Shown piece by piece: positions 24,271 through 36,789 of a DNA stretch of 64,000 nucleotides. The notes beneath the pieces were generated by a model. That model was given only the letters and a program-made list of their open reading frames with translations. It searched no databases and had not been told where the DNA came from. The stretch comes from Hemiscyllium ocellatum. Lineage: Eukaryota. The DNA is taken from contig NC_083406.1 of assembly GCF_020745735.1 (NCBI RefSeq), positions 28,642,255 to 28,706,254 on the forward strand, read 5' to 3'. The translations under genes and the position numbers were made by a program. Within the stretch, counting starts at the first letter, position 1, and the number at the start of each line of letters is the position of its first letter.

Positions 24271-24965
24271 TGATACGGATGAGGATTGACATTGCCTAAA
24301 GCTGTCAAAACAGTCAGGAAACTCTCAAAACTATGAAGGAACTGTCCAAAATTATTCATGGAGTTAAAAAAAAGATGCTGGTTATTTCCGTATTCCTGCA
24401 GACTAAAACATTATAGCATATTGACTGACTTCTAAAATTCTCATTTTCATAATGAGGTGCCTGTCAAGCAAACATTTTAATGGGCAGCTCCAACAATTTA
24501 TAAAATGGAACCATTTGTTTAAACAAGGAGCTATTTGAAGAAATTTCAATGTACTGAATGTTTTTGTGTTGATGAGAATTTTCTTTTCAATGTTGATATC
24601 CTCAATCGGCACATAACTTTGTTTTGTGTTAAAATATCTCCTAATACATGACCCATGATTGACACTTGCTGAATTGGCATGAAGAGGCAGGGGTTAAGAG
24701 TTGTCATGGATGATCATGGGAACTATAAAGTGTCTTTAGGATGCTGGGAGCATAAACAATAACAAGGAGTAATGGGAGATGGCTGAAGAGACATAATGTG
24801 GCATTAGATGCGTTGAGGCCCTTCAGCCTATTGAGTCTGCACCAGTCAAAAATAACCATCTAACTTATTTTCATTGGGGTGCGAAGGCTCAAGTGGGATG
24901 GGTAGTTGTGCCTAATGGGTGTGGAGGGCCATGGGGATAGGTAAATGGGCATTAAGTGGAATAAG

Positions 24966-25178
24966 GAGAAAGTGAGGACTGCAAATGCTACAGATCTGAG
25001 TCGAGAGTGTGCTGCTGGATATGCACAGCAGGTCAAGCAGCATCCGAGGAGCAGGAAAATTGATGTTTCGGGCATAAGCCCTTCACCATTCCTGATGAAG
25101 GGTTATGCCCGAAACGTCGATTCTTCTGCGCCTCAGACGCTGCCTGACCTGTTGTGCTTTTCCAGCACCACACTCTTG
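24966..25178. mobile_element. Fold-back pLTR-only insertion (family A variant) with intact HHR core on the + arm (25088-25122)
   Basis: Minus arm with tail 24966-25086; plus arm without tail 25088-25178. TSD attaagtggaataag (24951-24965) / atgaagtggaattag (25179-25193), 2 mismatches. Confidence 0.85.
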
Positions 25179-26570
25179 ATGAAGTGGAATTAGTTGACAT
25201 GAAGCAAATATGAAAAAGTGAGGCACTAAGAGATTTTTTTTTTAAAAAAATTTCGAAGCTTTGAACACAGTAGTGCCATCCCCAGGCAGGCTTTCTGCCT
25301 GCCCCACCTGAGGAAACAGCAGCCTTCCCTGCGCTCCCCAGATAGCCAACCTAACTCTCTGTCCAGCTGGGCCACAGCCTCCCATGATGGAAAATATGAA
25401 GTGCAGGCTTTTATTTTTACAGATTCCTGGTATGGAGCTACGTTTTCTTTGATCTCCACACATCCAACCAGGAAACAAAAATCTGGACCCAAGTATTTCT
25501 GGTATTCAGCAGCTGTGCAATGGTCAATTTCAGACAACCTTACAACCCCCATATAGTGTTATGTTGAACTGGTCATAGAGGTACCTTTATAGTAGAAGCT
25601 TGTGAAGTGGCAGGAAGAAATGAAACAGCAGCTTCCAGCTTTGTGCATTTAACTGCACACTCGATGCTGCTGTCTAATTTACTCTTCAGCATTTACGAGC
25701 ACTGATAGAACAGTTTAATATTATTGCTAAAATAAAATCGGACCCTTTCTTTGAACGCTAATTCTTAAATATAAGTAAGATTAAGGTATATGTGGCTCCC
25801 ATAATGATACTTGCCAAGTCAGAACCTAAAGTTATATGGCAAAAGCCATATTGCTCTTCACAGTGTTTTGTGTTATCGCTAAATATACAAAGTCAATGCA
25901 ATTCAAAATCTTTTCTTTGAGGGGATGAAACCACAAAACATTGAAGGCCTTTGGGTTATTCTTTACTGTAGCTATGTAACAGTTTTAGACAACAATTACA
26001 GGTCACTACGAAAGAAGTTATCCATTTTGGTTTATATTAAACTCCAATTAAAAATTCATGACTGGATTTTATTTATATACTTCCTGGGGGAAATGATAGT
26101 ATAATCTGCAGCTCAACTTTCTCAGATTTCTGAACTTTTACCCTCTAAGGCTCAACCTGAAATAGACCAATCTGTTAAACAAGGGTCCATAGGAGACAGG
26201 TCAGTTTGACTGATGGTAGCAACTCATAATCTTGCCTTTCTCACACTGAGGAGATTGAAGACGACAATGCTGAGATGTTTACCAATGTTATCACCACTTT
26301 GTCAATCCAACACAGGAACTGTCTATTTAGCAAAGAAACTTCATTTAAGAGTATGTATCAGTAACATCTCAGTATTGTTCCTATTTGATCTCACAACTGT
26401 GCATAAAATAGCATTTTTAAAGCTGCGAGGATACTCATTCAGTGGTGAACTCCTGTTTATATTCTAATCTTAAACTGTGCAAACACAGGAAAGCACTGCA
26501 CCAAATGTAGGTATGAAGAATACAGAGTTTCCTTCACTTTACTGTCCACTGCATCTGTATCTGCATTAGT

Positions 26571-26864
26571 GGGCGGCACAGTGGTTAGCACTGCTGCCTC
26601 ACAGCGCCAGAGACCCGGGTTCAATTCCCGGCTCAGGCGACTGACTGTGTGGAGTTTGCACATTCTCCCCGTGTCTGCGTGGGTGTGCTCTGTTTTCCTC
26701 CCACAGTCCAAAGATGTGCAGGTTAGGTGAATTGGCCATGCTAAATTGCCCTTAGTGTTAGATGAAGGGGTAAATGTAGGGGTATGGGTGGGTTACGTTT
26801 CGGTGGGTCGGTGTGGACTTGTTGGGCCAAAGGGCCTGTTTCCACACTGTAAGTAATCTAATCT
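26571..26864 (+). mobile_element. HE1-type SINE (V-SINE)
   Basis: A box gtggttagcactg, B box gggttcaattcc, V-domain ctgtgtggagtttgcacattctccccgtgtctgcgtggg, tail gggcctgtttccacactgta-(aatct)n. Confidence 0.9.
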
Positions 26865-28230
26865 CTTTCCAGCCAAGATGGCAATCAATTTTGTGCTGAT
26901 TTTCAGTAAATTTACCAATAAGAATTTATTCTCCTGGGATGACATAGATTCAGTGCCACAGGAATATATCCAACTACCTTATTAATTGGACAAACTCAGT
27001 AATTGAGATATTTTATTGTGTAATTATTCTTGCAAGAATTTATCCTCACTGCTGTTCCTTTAAACTCCTGGCTTTAAATTTGTATCTTGTGATCCTTTCT
27101 TCGCCATCATGTTAGTTACTCTTCGTTCACTTTATCACCCACTCTGTTCCCCTCTCCATTTTTCTGCCTTTTGCCAATTCTTACCTATTGTTGTTCCTCT
27201 CCACTTCTCTCAGTCATTTTTACAGTTGGTATTTCACCAGATTTCATTTTCCTTTTTCTCATTAAATGACAAAATTATGTTTTGGAAACTGACACAGCAT
27301 GGACATAGAAGTTATTTACATATCATGCACCCCAGACACCTGAAAATCCAAAAGTTGACAAACTTTAGATAGGACTGGCACAATATAGAAACATTCTGGG
27401 TCGACTGAGTGGCAGAGGTGGGAAGCAATTCTTTCTCACAATAAACAAATATACTTGACTCTTCTAAACACTATTGGTCGCGTGACCAAAACTGATTTTG
27501 GTGCTGGTGAAAAGTTTATACTAATTCAGAATAAGCAAACAAGATAGCCCAAGTAGCATTGCACTGAATTAACAGATGATGCAAAATAAGTGATTCCAAT
27601 TTAAGAGGACAAACTATGTTCACTCTTCTCCCATCTTCATTGTTCTGCTCCAGTCCTCTCAAATAGTGGGATGCTGGTACTGCAGCTGCAGCATTAAGGT
27701 ACATTTGCTGCAATATTAATTAACTTTCCCATTTAATTTTTGTAGCATTAAATGATTATGGAAATTGTATGATATTCATCAGGGAATACATTTGGATAAT
27801 TACTTTAACTCCTTATTTCTGAGAGCTTCGTTTCATGCATATGGCTGTTCAGGGACTGGGAGGAAAGCAACAAGTTTCCTTGCATTATTATACTGCTGTT
27901 TTTTTTGGAGAAGAATAATAATATCAAACTTTAAATTGGATTTACAAAGGTAAACGAGTAAAGTGAAGGTTTGCACATCAGCAAATGAAGAATATGCTGA
28001 AGGCCATGCTGCTTGCTATCCACCATGATACAAGCGGTGGCAGAACCTTCTCGCCTGATTCTCATACGCTTTGTAATAGTTTTCACTCCAAGCTTAGAGG
28101 TGGGATATATCTCTTCCTGAACAGGGTGTGCTTATGGAGGAGTTCAGAATCTAAATGCACAATGGTAAATCAGCCTGCCTCGCATCGCTGCCTGTATAGG
28201 AAATGAACATTTGGGTGAAATTCTGGAAGG

Positions 28231-28538
28231 AGAAAGTGAGGACTGCGGATGCTGGAGATCAGAGCTGAAAATGTGTTGCTGGAAAAGCGCAGCAGGTCAG
28301 GCAGCATCCAAGGAGCAGGAGAGTCAACATTTCAGGCATGAGCCCTTCTTCAGGAATGAGGAAAGTGCGTCCAGCAAGCTAAGATAAAAGGTAGGGAGAA
28401 GGGACTTGGGGGAGGAGTGTTGGAAATGCGATAGGTGGAAGGAGGTCAAGGTGAGGGTGATAGACCAGAGTGGGGGTGGGGGCGGAGAGGTCAGGAAGAA
28501 GATTGCAGGTTAGGCAGGCGGTGCTGAGTTCGAGGTGC
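28231..28538 (-). mobile_element. 5'-truncated Penelope-like family A (3'UTR, pLTR and tail) with perfect 15-bp TSD
   Basis: TSD tgaaattctggaagg at 28216-28230 and 28539-28553; matches the 9230 arm. Confidence 0.92.
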
Positions 28539-29347
28539 TGAAATTCTGGAAGGCTGTCAGAATGTGTGCAATGGATGCCCTGCAAACAAAACCTATTTTG
28601 ATCATTAGTAATATATTTGTATGTCAAGCAGACGCCAGTAAATAATTGACTGTATGAACACAAAAACAGAAGATGACTTGCATGACCTGTGCAAATACAA
28701 AACATACTTTGAGTGTAGTGAATAGGAGGAGGGTACAATTGCCTAGAGATGAGTTTAAGGCACCAGTGACAATATTCAATAAATGAAATCGTTCCATAAT
28801 TTCAAACTATATGTAATGCTTGAAGTATAGCAATACTTTCACATAGGTCACCATAGAAACGGTTTTGGGTCAGGACTTGCTGGAATGAAGCACCTCACAG
28901 CATACATTGTTGGACAGATTTCTTCTGACAGCCTTGCAATCAAAAATATTCTGTACGCTAACTTGTTGGAAAGGTGAAGTGATAGCAGCACAGTAAATGC
29001 TATAGCAAGGTCATCTGGATCCTGAGCAAATGATGGGATGGTTAGCTCAAAAAGATTTCAGGACTAAGATATAATCACTCAAATACATGAAAGAAAGAGA
29101 GATAAATTTGAGAAGGTGCCTGGAATCGGAGTTAAATCAGAAGCAAAGGAAAGAAGAAGACACAGAGAGAGGCAAGACACAGGAAGAAAAAGAATTAATT
29201 TTTAAAAGTTCACATTATTTAAATATTTTCTAATCAACCTGTTCAGAGATATTATTACATACCTCTGGAGCAGGCTGGACTCGAACACTACCATTGCACC
29301 ACAAGATCCCATTAAAATTTGACCAAGGGATCTTTCAAGCAAAGCGC

Positions 29348-29418
29348 AGGTAGGTGTGGATTTGAATCCAGGATCTCCTGTTTACTAGGCAGACTTTAAC
29401 AAACTAAGCCACAGCATT
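29348..29418 (-). pseudogene. tRNA-Thr(AGT)-derived pseudogene or SINE head
   Basis: Minus strand tgctgtggcttagtttgttaaagtctgcctAGTaaacaggagatcctggattcaaatcc closely resembles vertebrate tRNA-Thr(AGT); the acceptor stem does not pair and the A/B boxes are mutated. Confidence 0.7.
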
Positions 29419-29476
29419 GCTGTAAAGTCTCAATTGGATATCAGCAGGATTGGCCAGTTTGTGGATTCAATGACTA

Positions 29477-29683
29477 CAGGCAGTTCTTCTGTAATGTGAT
29501 GATTGTGTTCATGTGCAACCCTGCATTATGGAAAAGTCACGCTTCAGAAACAGCACAAAGTGTTGGCAAGGTAATTGCGTTACAGCCAACGCGTTTTAAA
29601 AGTACGCGCTTTAGAAATAGTGTCCCCAGTTTGTCAATCGTGAATTTGTATTAACGAAACGCATGCAATAGCAAAACAACCTG
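29477..29683. mobile_element. Tc1/mariner (Tigger-like) MITE
   Basis: TA|CAGGCAGTTCTTCTGTA at the left and ...TAGCAAAACAACCTG|CA at the right (imperfect TIRs); CpG-rich interior. Confidence 0.5.
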
Positions 29684-32365
29684 CATTACAATTGAGAACT
29701 AGACTGCCAATTCATGTTGTGATCTGTAAAGCAACCAGTAACTTTTGTATTTTCAATTAGACACCAAACAGAGGCCTCAACTGCACTCTAAAGTAAATGG
29801 CAACAATCACAACATTATTCAAAATTTTCCATAGGGTCCTGTCAAAGATATATCTTTTAAAGTCATTGCAAAAAAAAATCTGTGACAGGCCTGAATATAA
29901 ATAGCTGCCATGTTTCCGACATGTACTGCAGCAGTTTAAGAAGACAGCTTACCACACGATAGCATCTGGTCCTCATGGGTGTTCAGAAGGTTTCAAGAAA
30001 AAGATTGAAAATGCAAATTTTTAGGCAATGGCCACTTCTTAGGTCACATCCACACTTAACATTTAAAGCAACCAACTTTCCCAGATGAGCCCTACTTCAA
30101 GTGTTAAGTTCCTCATTAGTGAATGCAGGTTGGCACATTTCCTTTCAGCAGCTATGCTGGATGCCTGAAAGATATCTGCCAACAGTGCGCCCGCTTCTCA
30201 AATCCTTGGCATTCTCAATAATGCAAAGAGTTTTTGGGCTGAACAGTCACCACCATCCTAACCACAGCTTATTGACAAGGCCTGACATGCTACAATGTGT
30301 ATTGTCCAGAAAATGAACACGTTTCTGTCCACAATATATCTGACTTTAATTTGCCTAAATTGCGAATGATGGTTACGTATTGTCTGTGACTATTTTCCAA
30401 GCCAAACCATGTGATGGGACCGAATTATAATGGGAATGGATGAAGAGGGTACTTAGGAGAAATCATTTTCAGCCCCAGTGACCTGATATGCCTACCATGA
30501 ATTGTGGTGATAGCAGAATCCAGGAAATCTATCCTATGGTCAGTGGGTTTGGATAGCATTAAATATATGACACAGAAACTGGCCATTCTGGCTCAACAAC
30601 CCATACTGCTGTTGTGTTTGAGCATGTTCCCATGTTTCTTCATCTACATGTACAATTGTAACCTCTAACCCATTCTCCCCCACATGCTTTCCTTAAATGC
30701 TTCTTTATTATTCATGTCAACTATTCCTATGATTTTGACATTCTCACTACTTTTTGGGTAGGAATACAGATTTTAATACAGCTGAAAACAAGGAATTAAC
30801 ATGTTCCATATTCACTTCTAGCAGTTGAAAGTGCTTTTGTCTATTAACTTGAACTTGCGTTTCTCAAGTCTCCTGAAGTACAGAGGACATCATTGCAACA
30901 TCAATAACACTGTATAAATATCTCAAATGAATGAGAAAAAGGAATATGTTCATATGGAGTCAAAACAAAATGCTTATGGTACTATAATGGTCAGGAATGA
31001 TGGCTAAATACTGTTGCTCAGACCAAGCTCTCTATGGAGAACAATATTAAACAGCAAGTTAATATTATTTGCGTAGTTGTACTTAGACATAAACCAATTG
31101 CTGATGGCAAATGGCATTAGAATGTCTGTTTGTGCCCGTTTCAGTTTATTTCTCTTTCAGGCATATCTTCTAGCCACTCACTAATGGCTGCGCCTGTCAG
31201 TCAATGAAGGAGCTTTAGGTCCTGGGGATTATGCTGCCACGCCAGACTATTCCCTCCCACGAGTCCTGATCTGCAGTATACAAAACAGCAATATGCTGCC
31301 TTTGCAATACCCAGATGCATTCAGCCATCTATAGATTATACACCTGCCCCCTTTGCTTTAACTGCTGTGTGTGCTGTATACAAAAATGTATTTCTCAAAT
31401 TCTGTGCAAGCAAGCTGTGCACACTGCCAACTGAAATTGGCAAGCCCCAGATGGCAATCAGAGCTGACTGATGCAATCATAGCTACCGCGGGACAGCATC
31501 AAGCCAAGCTGAAAATGAATGGCTGACTGATCAATACAAGGTGACAGGCCAGTGCAGGAAAACCTGCCCTTTATTGAACCATTGCTGACCTCAGGAGTAC
31601 GGATAATTTAATGAGCTTGCATTTACTCTCCCTCTCTGATAAAAAAAAACCCAAACCCCAATGCTATAAAGTGAACATACTCTTTTTAAACAATTTACAA
31701 ATCAGTTAGGTTCATGCATGTAGAGAACGTAATGCAATGTTGCTGTAGAATTAACTGTCCTTACTTTATGTTAAACAAAATGAGAGGGACCAGAGATTTA
31801 CAGAAAAAACCCAACACAGTTGCATCAGTGACTCACTGTATTCAGAATAGGGTCATAGAACAGTTCATATTTCTTCCCATGATTTTTTTGTCTTTTTCTG
31901 AGAATTCTTTGTCTGAGGATTTTCATTTATTAATCTCCTGCCCTTCTTCACAGGCACTTCATATTTTCCTCTCTCCTCAGCAATCACAAAGTCCTTGGAA
32001 GAGTTGGAACACATCCTCTTCACCCGCCGTGACAGGAGTTGTAAGCTCATAAATGAATAGCTTGGTTTCTTTGGCTGTGCGACAACCCTGTGAAGTTCAG
32101 TCTTGTTTTGCTCTCACACCTTTACTCTGTAAACAATGATGCCCAGATCCTTTGTCTCAGCTACTCCTTGTGCAAATATTCCCCAGTCAGGAATTGGTGT
32201 CACGAGGTGATGGCAGAATACAGGGAACTCAAAGTGCACTAGTCAGCAGATCACATAGGATTTTCCAATCTATGAAACTTAAAGGAGTACAAATTCACAA
32301 ATTATCCTGCTAAATGATTGTCTAATATTACAGTTAATAAATATGAAGTCATGGCTTATTTTATT

Positions 32366-32545
32366 TTAGACTGGATGTCAACTTGAGTGGGTTCGTGATC
32401 CATAATCCTTTTGGGATCTTTCCTGCTTTCTTGCATTTCTGCAGAAATTAGATTTCTGTGTTGATGTGTGGGATCTTCTTGGAGATCCTCTCCACTTTGA
32501 GCCAGCAGTTAGTGGTGTCAATGGTTCAACACCAGCTCTTCCACA
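32366..32545 (-). mobile_element. 180-bp Penelope-like insertion: inverted ORF N-terminus plus sense tail, with perfect 17-bp TSD
   Basis: TSD tcatggcttattttatt at 32349-32365 and 32546-32562. Minus-strand peptide TIDTTNCWLKVERISKKIPHINTEI*FLQKCKKAGKIPKGLWITNPLK has the PLE N-terminal FL..C.....IPKGL motif. Confidence 0.8.
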
Positions 32546-33039
32546 TCATGGCTTATTTTATTATGTTAGAGTAACCTCATTCATTGCCCATCTGTAGTTG
32601 CACCAAGAAAACGGTGCAGTCCTAGTCTTGATGGGATTGTCACAATGGTGTGAGGTAGGTTTCTTACCCAGCAATAGTAAATGAATGGCAGCAAATTAGA
32701 ATGGTGAGAGACTTTGATGTGATTGCAATCTCAAAACCTCATTGGATTTTTTTTACTTTTTAGTGTTGAAAGGCCACAGGGAAGGAAGGTGCTACCAGAA
32801 TAATTTGGTGAGTGCTGCAGTGAATCGTGTACATAGTACACACATACCACAGACACAGTGCAGTGGCAGTACAGGGGCACTGACAAGAAAACTACTCTTA
32901 ACTTTACTTTTGCAAATACTTCATCACATCCCAGAGTTAAATTTAATAGATGCCACTGGTCGTTTCTTATGTACAAGGTATTTATGAAACAATTCTGGAA
33001 AAGTTCCATCAGCCTGAAAATTTGGAAATGCGATTCCTC

Positions 33040-33870
33040 TTTTCAAGGAAGGTAGAGGGTCTGTAGCGACAGGAAATAGGAAACTTTAGGCCAATTAGCT
33101 TAACATCTATTGCAGAGGAAATGCTCAAAGTTTTTATATTGAAGGATGATACAGAGGGACAAGTGGAATATCTCAATGCAACAAGGCAAAGTTAACATGG
33201 ATCAAATGGCCCCTTTCTGCACCATAACAATTCTGTGATTCACCATGGGCTTTGTGAAAGGAAAATCATGTTTGACTAACTTATAAGCATTTTTTGAGGA
33301 GACACAATCAATGTGAATATATGATTGCTAAGTCTACTGATGATTCTTGAATGTATACAAAAATTGACAGGAAATAGGTCAAGAAGCAGACATAAGGAGT
33401 TCACAAAGGGATACCGATAAGTTAATTGCGTGGATAAACTTTTGACAGATAGCATAGTATGAATGAAAATGTGAACTCGTCCATTTTGGCGAGATGAATA
33501 GGAATGCTCTCTATTTAGAGAGAGAAAGCTGAACTCTGAGATACAGAGAGATCTAGATGTCCTGGGTACATGTATCACAAAGGATACAGGTACAATGAAT
33601 GATTACGAAGCAAAAGTAATGTCATGATTGTAATGGGAATCTTTCTGTAGCTGTACATGAGATCATGTACAACTTTAGTCTCATTAAAGAAGCACGTTTG
33701 TGCATTTGTGAATGTTTACATGACTAATATGTGGGATGGGGAAAAGTTAAAAAGATTGGGTCTGTGAAATTCAGAACAATAGATGATCATATTGCAACAC
33801 ACAAGATCCTGAGAGGACATAATAGGGTGGATTCTAAAGGGATGTTACCCCTTGCGGGAGAGACTAGATC
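33040..33870 (+). mobile_element. Old, internally deleted CR1 LINE
   Basis: ggaaactttaggccaattagcttaacatct, tttgtgaaaggaaaatcatgtttgactaactt, acaagatcctgagaggacat. Confidence 0.65.
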
Positions 33871-34369
33871 TCAATGCCATGCTCTTTGCAGCATCTCCTC
33901 CTCCCCACACCCCTCCCCCAATCAACTAAAATTATTTTTCCAAGTGTTTGCTTTTATTTTTACCCTTATTTTCTCTCATTCACCCTGTAGGCAGATACTC
34001 ACGCTGAGGTAGAATTCAAAGGGTTTTGAAGGAACACTGCATTAGTCAATTCAATTGCCATCCTTCAGATACAAGCCCTGCAACAGCAGAGCTCTTGCTT
34101 CTCTTTATCTGACACTATTGTTAACTAACTTTGGAAAGTCTGACTTTATTTTATCTCCATCATGCTAAATCTTGATCCTTCAACATTAGCCTGGTTCAGA
34201 TTAGCACAGATAATGTACTAAACCTGCATCATTCCTTGCCTGTAAGACTCATTATTAAATGTTGTATTTGCTCATTCATCTCCTTTGCAATCACATCTTC
34301 CTTATGCATAACACACTTACTGTGAGTGAAACATTACACGTTTGTTTCATAAAACTGCTACCAGAGAAA

Positions 34370-34705
34370 AGGTTTGATGGTCAAAAACTTAGTTAAACCA
34401 GTACGTTTGAAAGATTTCTTAAAAGGAGATGGGAGAGGTAGACTTGTGTTGAGGCGAATTGAGAAATTTCTGAAGGTTAAGTCCCAGATAGCCAAAAACA
34501 TGGTCCCAAACGATGAGAAGATATCAGAATGCACAATACAAGAAGTGGAGAAATCCAGAGATGTCAGATGCTTACAGCACTCTCCAGGGATAGAATAGGA
34601 CTGGATATAGATGCATGGATTTTAATGCAAGTGTGAAAATTTTCAATTTGAAGGACTGATGAACTGGGAGCCAATGTCGATCAGCAAGCATAGGAGTGAT
34701 GGGTG
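34370..34705 (-). mobile_element. L2 LINE 3' fragment
   Basis: Minus-strand peptide SPITPMLADRHWLPVHQSFKLKIFTL. Confidence 0.7.
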
Positions 34706-34799
34706 AACAATACTCCGTGCAACTTACAATTGGAGCAGCAGACCTACCAAACAGATCAAGTTCATGGAGAGTGGAAGATTGGAAGTGGAACAGGAGCAA

Positions 34800-35150
34800 C
34801 TTGGAATAATCAAGTTCATCAAGGATTTTCTGATGACCAAGGAATCCAGACCCAGGGGTTACAGTTTAAGCAGACAGGGGAGATCATTTTCGACTGAGAT
34901 GAGAAAAAAAATACTTCAGCCAGAGAGTGGTGAGCCTTTGGAACTATCTGTCACAGAAAGCCATTGAGGCAAAAAACACTCAATGTTTTCAAAAAGCAGT
35001 TAGGGATGAAGGGATCAAAGGGTATGGGGAAGAAACAGGAACAGAGACTTTAATGATGTACAAGGTTGGGAGATCAGCCATGATCATACCAAATGGCAGG
35101 GCAGGCTTGAAAAGCCAAAAGGGCCTACTCACATTTTATATGTTTCTATG
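34800..35150 (+). mobile_element. CR1 LINE 3' end
   Basis: ESRPRGYSL...FSTEMRK; 3'UTR gatcagccatgatcata...gggcctactc...tttctatgtttc. Confidence 0.75.
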
Positions 35151-36789
35151 TTTCAAGTCTGATACATGAAAGAGGATATCAGCAGGACAGCGTAGGGAAA
35201 GCTGGGCAGAAGATATTAAAGAAGATCATGTTTTGAATGTGCAGATGAGAAGTAACAAATCTGCCAATAATTTTTAAAAAAATTATGAATGATATATACA
35301 TTGTTGATTTGAAGACATTTTCACAAAATGGAGCAATTCTTCATAACTCTTAACATTGTGATTCTGCCAGATATTAATTGACGATCCATTAACAAAATCA
35401 TCTCATATGATGGTGTTCAGATATCTTCAAAGTTGTTTTCCTCCAAAATCTGCTTTTCTTCCACCATCACTTCTGTCCATCTCCCACCTTAAATGTCTTC
35501 TCTGTCTCTGTGTAGGATTCAACTGTAGTCTCATTAACTCCCAGTTACTAACTTCCAGTGATGTCGCCTTACACTTTTAAAGGACCAATACAAAAATAAC
35601 CTTGAACGTGCAAATTCATATCCTATCAAGTCGTAACAAGAAACACTGGAGCAGGCATAGGTTGTTCAAAACTGTTCTGTCATTCAATGACACTATGGCT
35701 GATCTCTATATTAATTGTTAGTTCTCCTTGATAGCACAGCTAGTGAAAAAGACTGGGAAAGCTGCCAGATTGTCATAAAAGCCTAACTGCTTCACTAATG
35801 TCCTTCAGGAAAGTTAATCTATCATCTGTTTCTGGTCAGATATTCAATTGACTACAAACCCTATTATGCAGTTCATTCTTAATGTTTTGTAAAGTAATCT
35901 AACCAGTGTCTCAGATGTAATAACAATCAACATCAAACAAACACAGTGCTGACCTGTTCGGCTAACTAGAAATGGACAATAAATTTAGCCTTGTATGCGA
36001 AAGATGAAATTGATAAATACACACCGTGCCCTGCAGTACATTTTAAAACAAACATTCAATGGTAAACCCCTCATTGAGTATAATACAATTCAATTGCATC
36101 AAATTTAAGGATTGCAACTTTAAATCATTTTGTCAAGGAATGCAAAATGATTTTGAATAAGATATTTTGGATTGTATTATATTTAGTACATTACAAAATT
36201 ATAGTATATTATATCATTATAGAATTAATACGCTATGGCCCCTGACACAAACCGATCCAGTTAATTCCCCTTTAAACTCAAAACATTACCAACAATTTTC
36301 GTTTTGAATAAAGCATCTTGAAGCAAATTAGCATTTTCTAAATTCATTAACCCCAGAATTGTGCTTAAACTTCAGCTGCAGTTGACAATTCCAAATGACC
36401 TTCCCACGCCTTATAACTATAAGTGTTATGACTCAAGGCCACAAAGTGTAGCTCAAGAAATGAGTGTTCTAAAGGGACTTTCTTCACTGGAAGAAACTTT
36501 CAAATTCAAGAATTGAAAATGAAGTTCACGCAACTGGATATTCAGATGTTTATTAAAAAGTAGGCTAGTCAAGAGGTGCCCTTGCCTAGTTAAAATGATA
36601 CACTGCTTTTGATTCATAGATTTTCAAATAATTTTGTGGGACGATCTATAAACCACATTTGTCAACCAAGATATGGAGTATTTGAAATATTTCTCACGAA
36701 GGGGCTTCCCTGAGAGCCTGAATCATTAATAAACTGAGTAACATGGTGCACCTTTTAAGCAGAATTTACTGTTCATCCTAGGATTTGAC

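Noticed and set aside
29348-29418. Functional tRNA-Thr gene
   Set aside because: Acceptor stem unpaired, A and B boxes mutated, and a short deletion near the anticodon stem.
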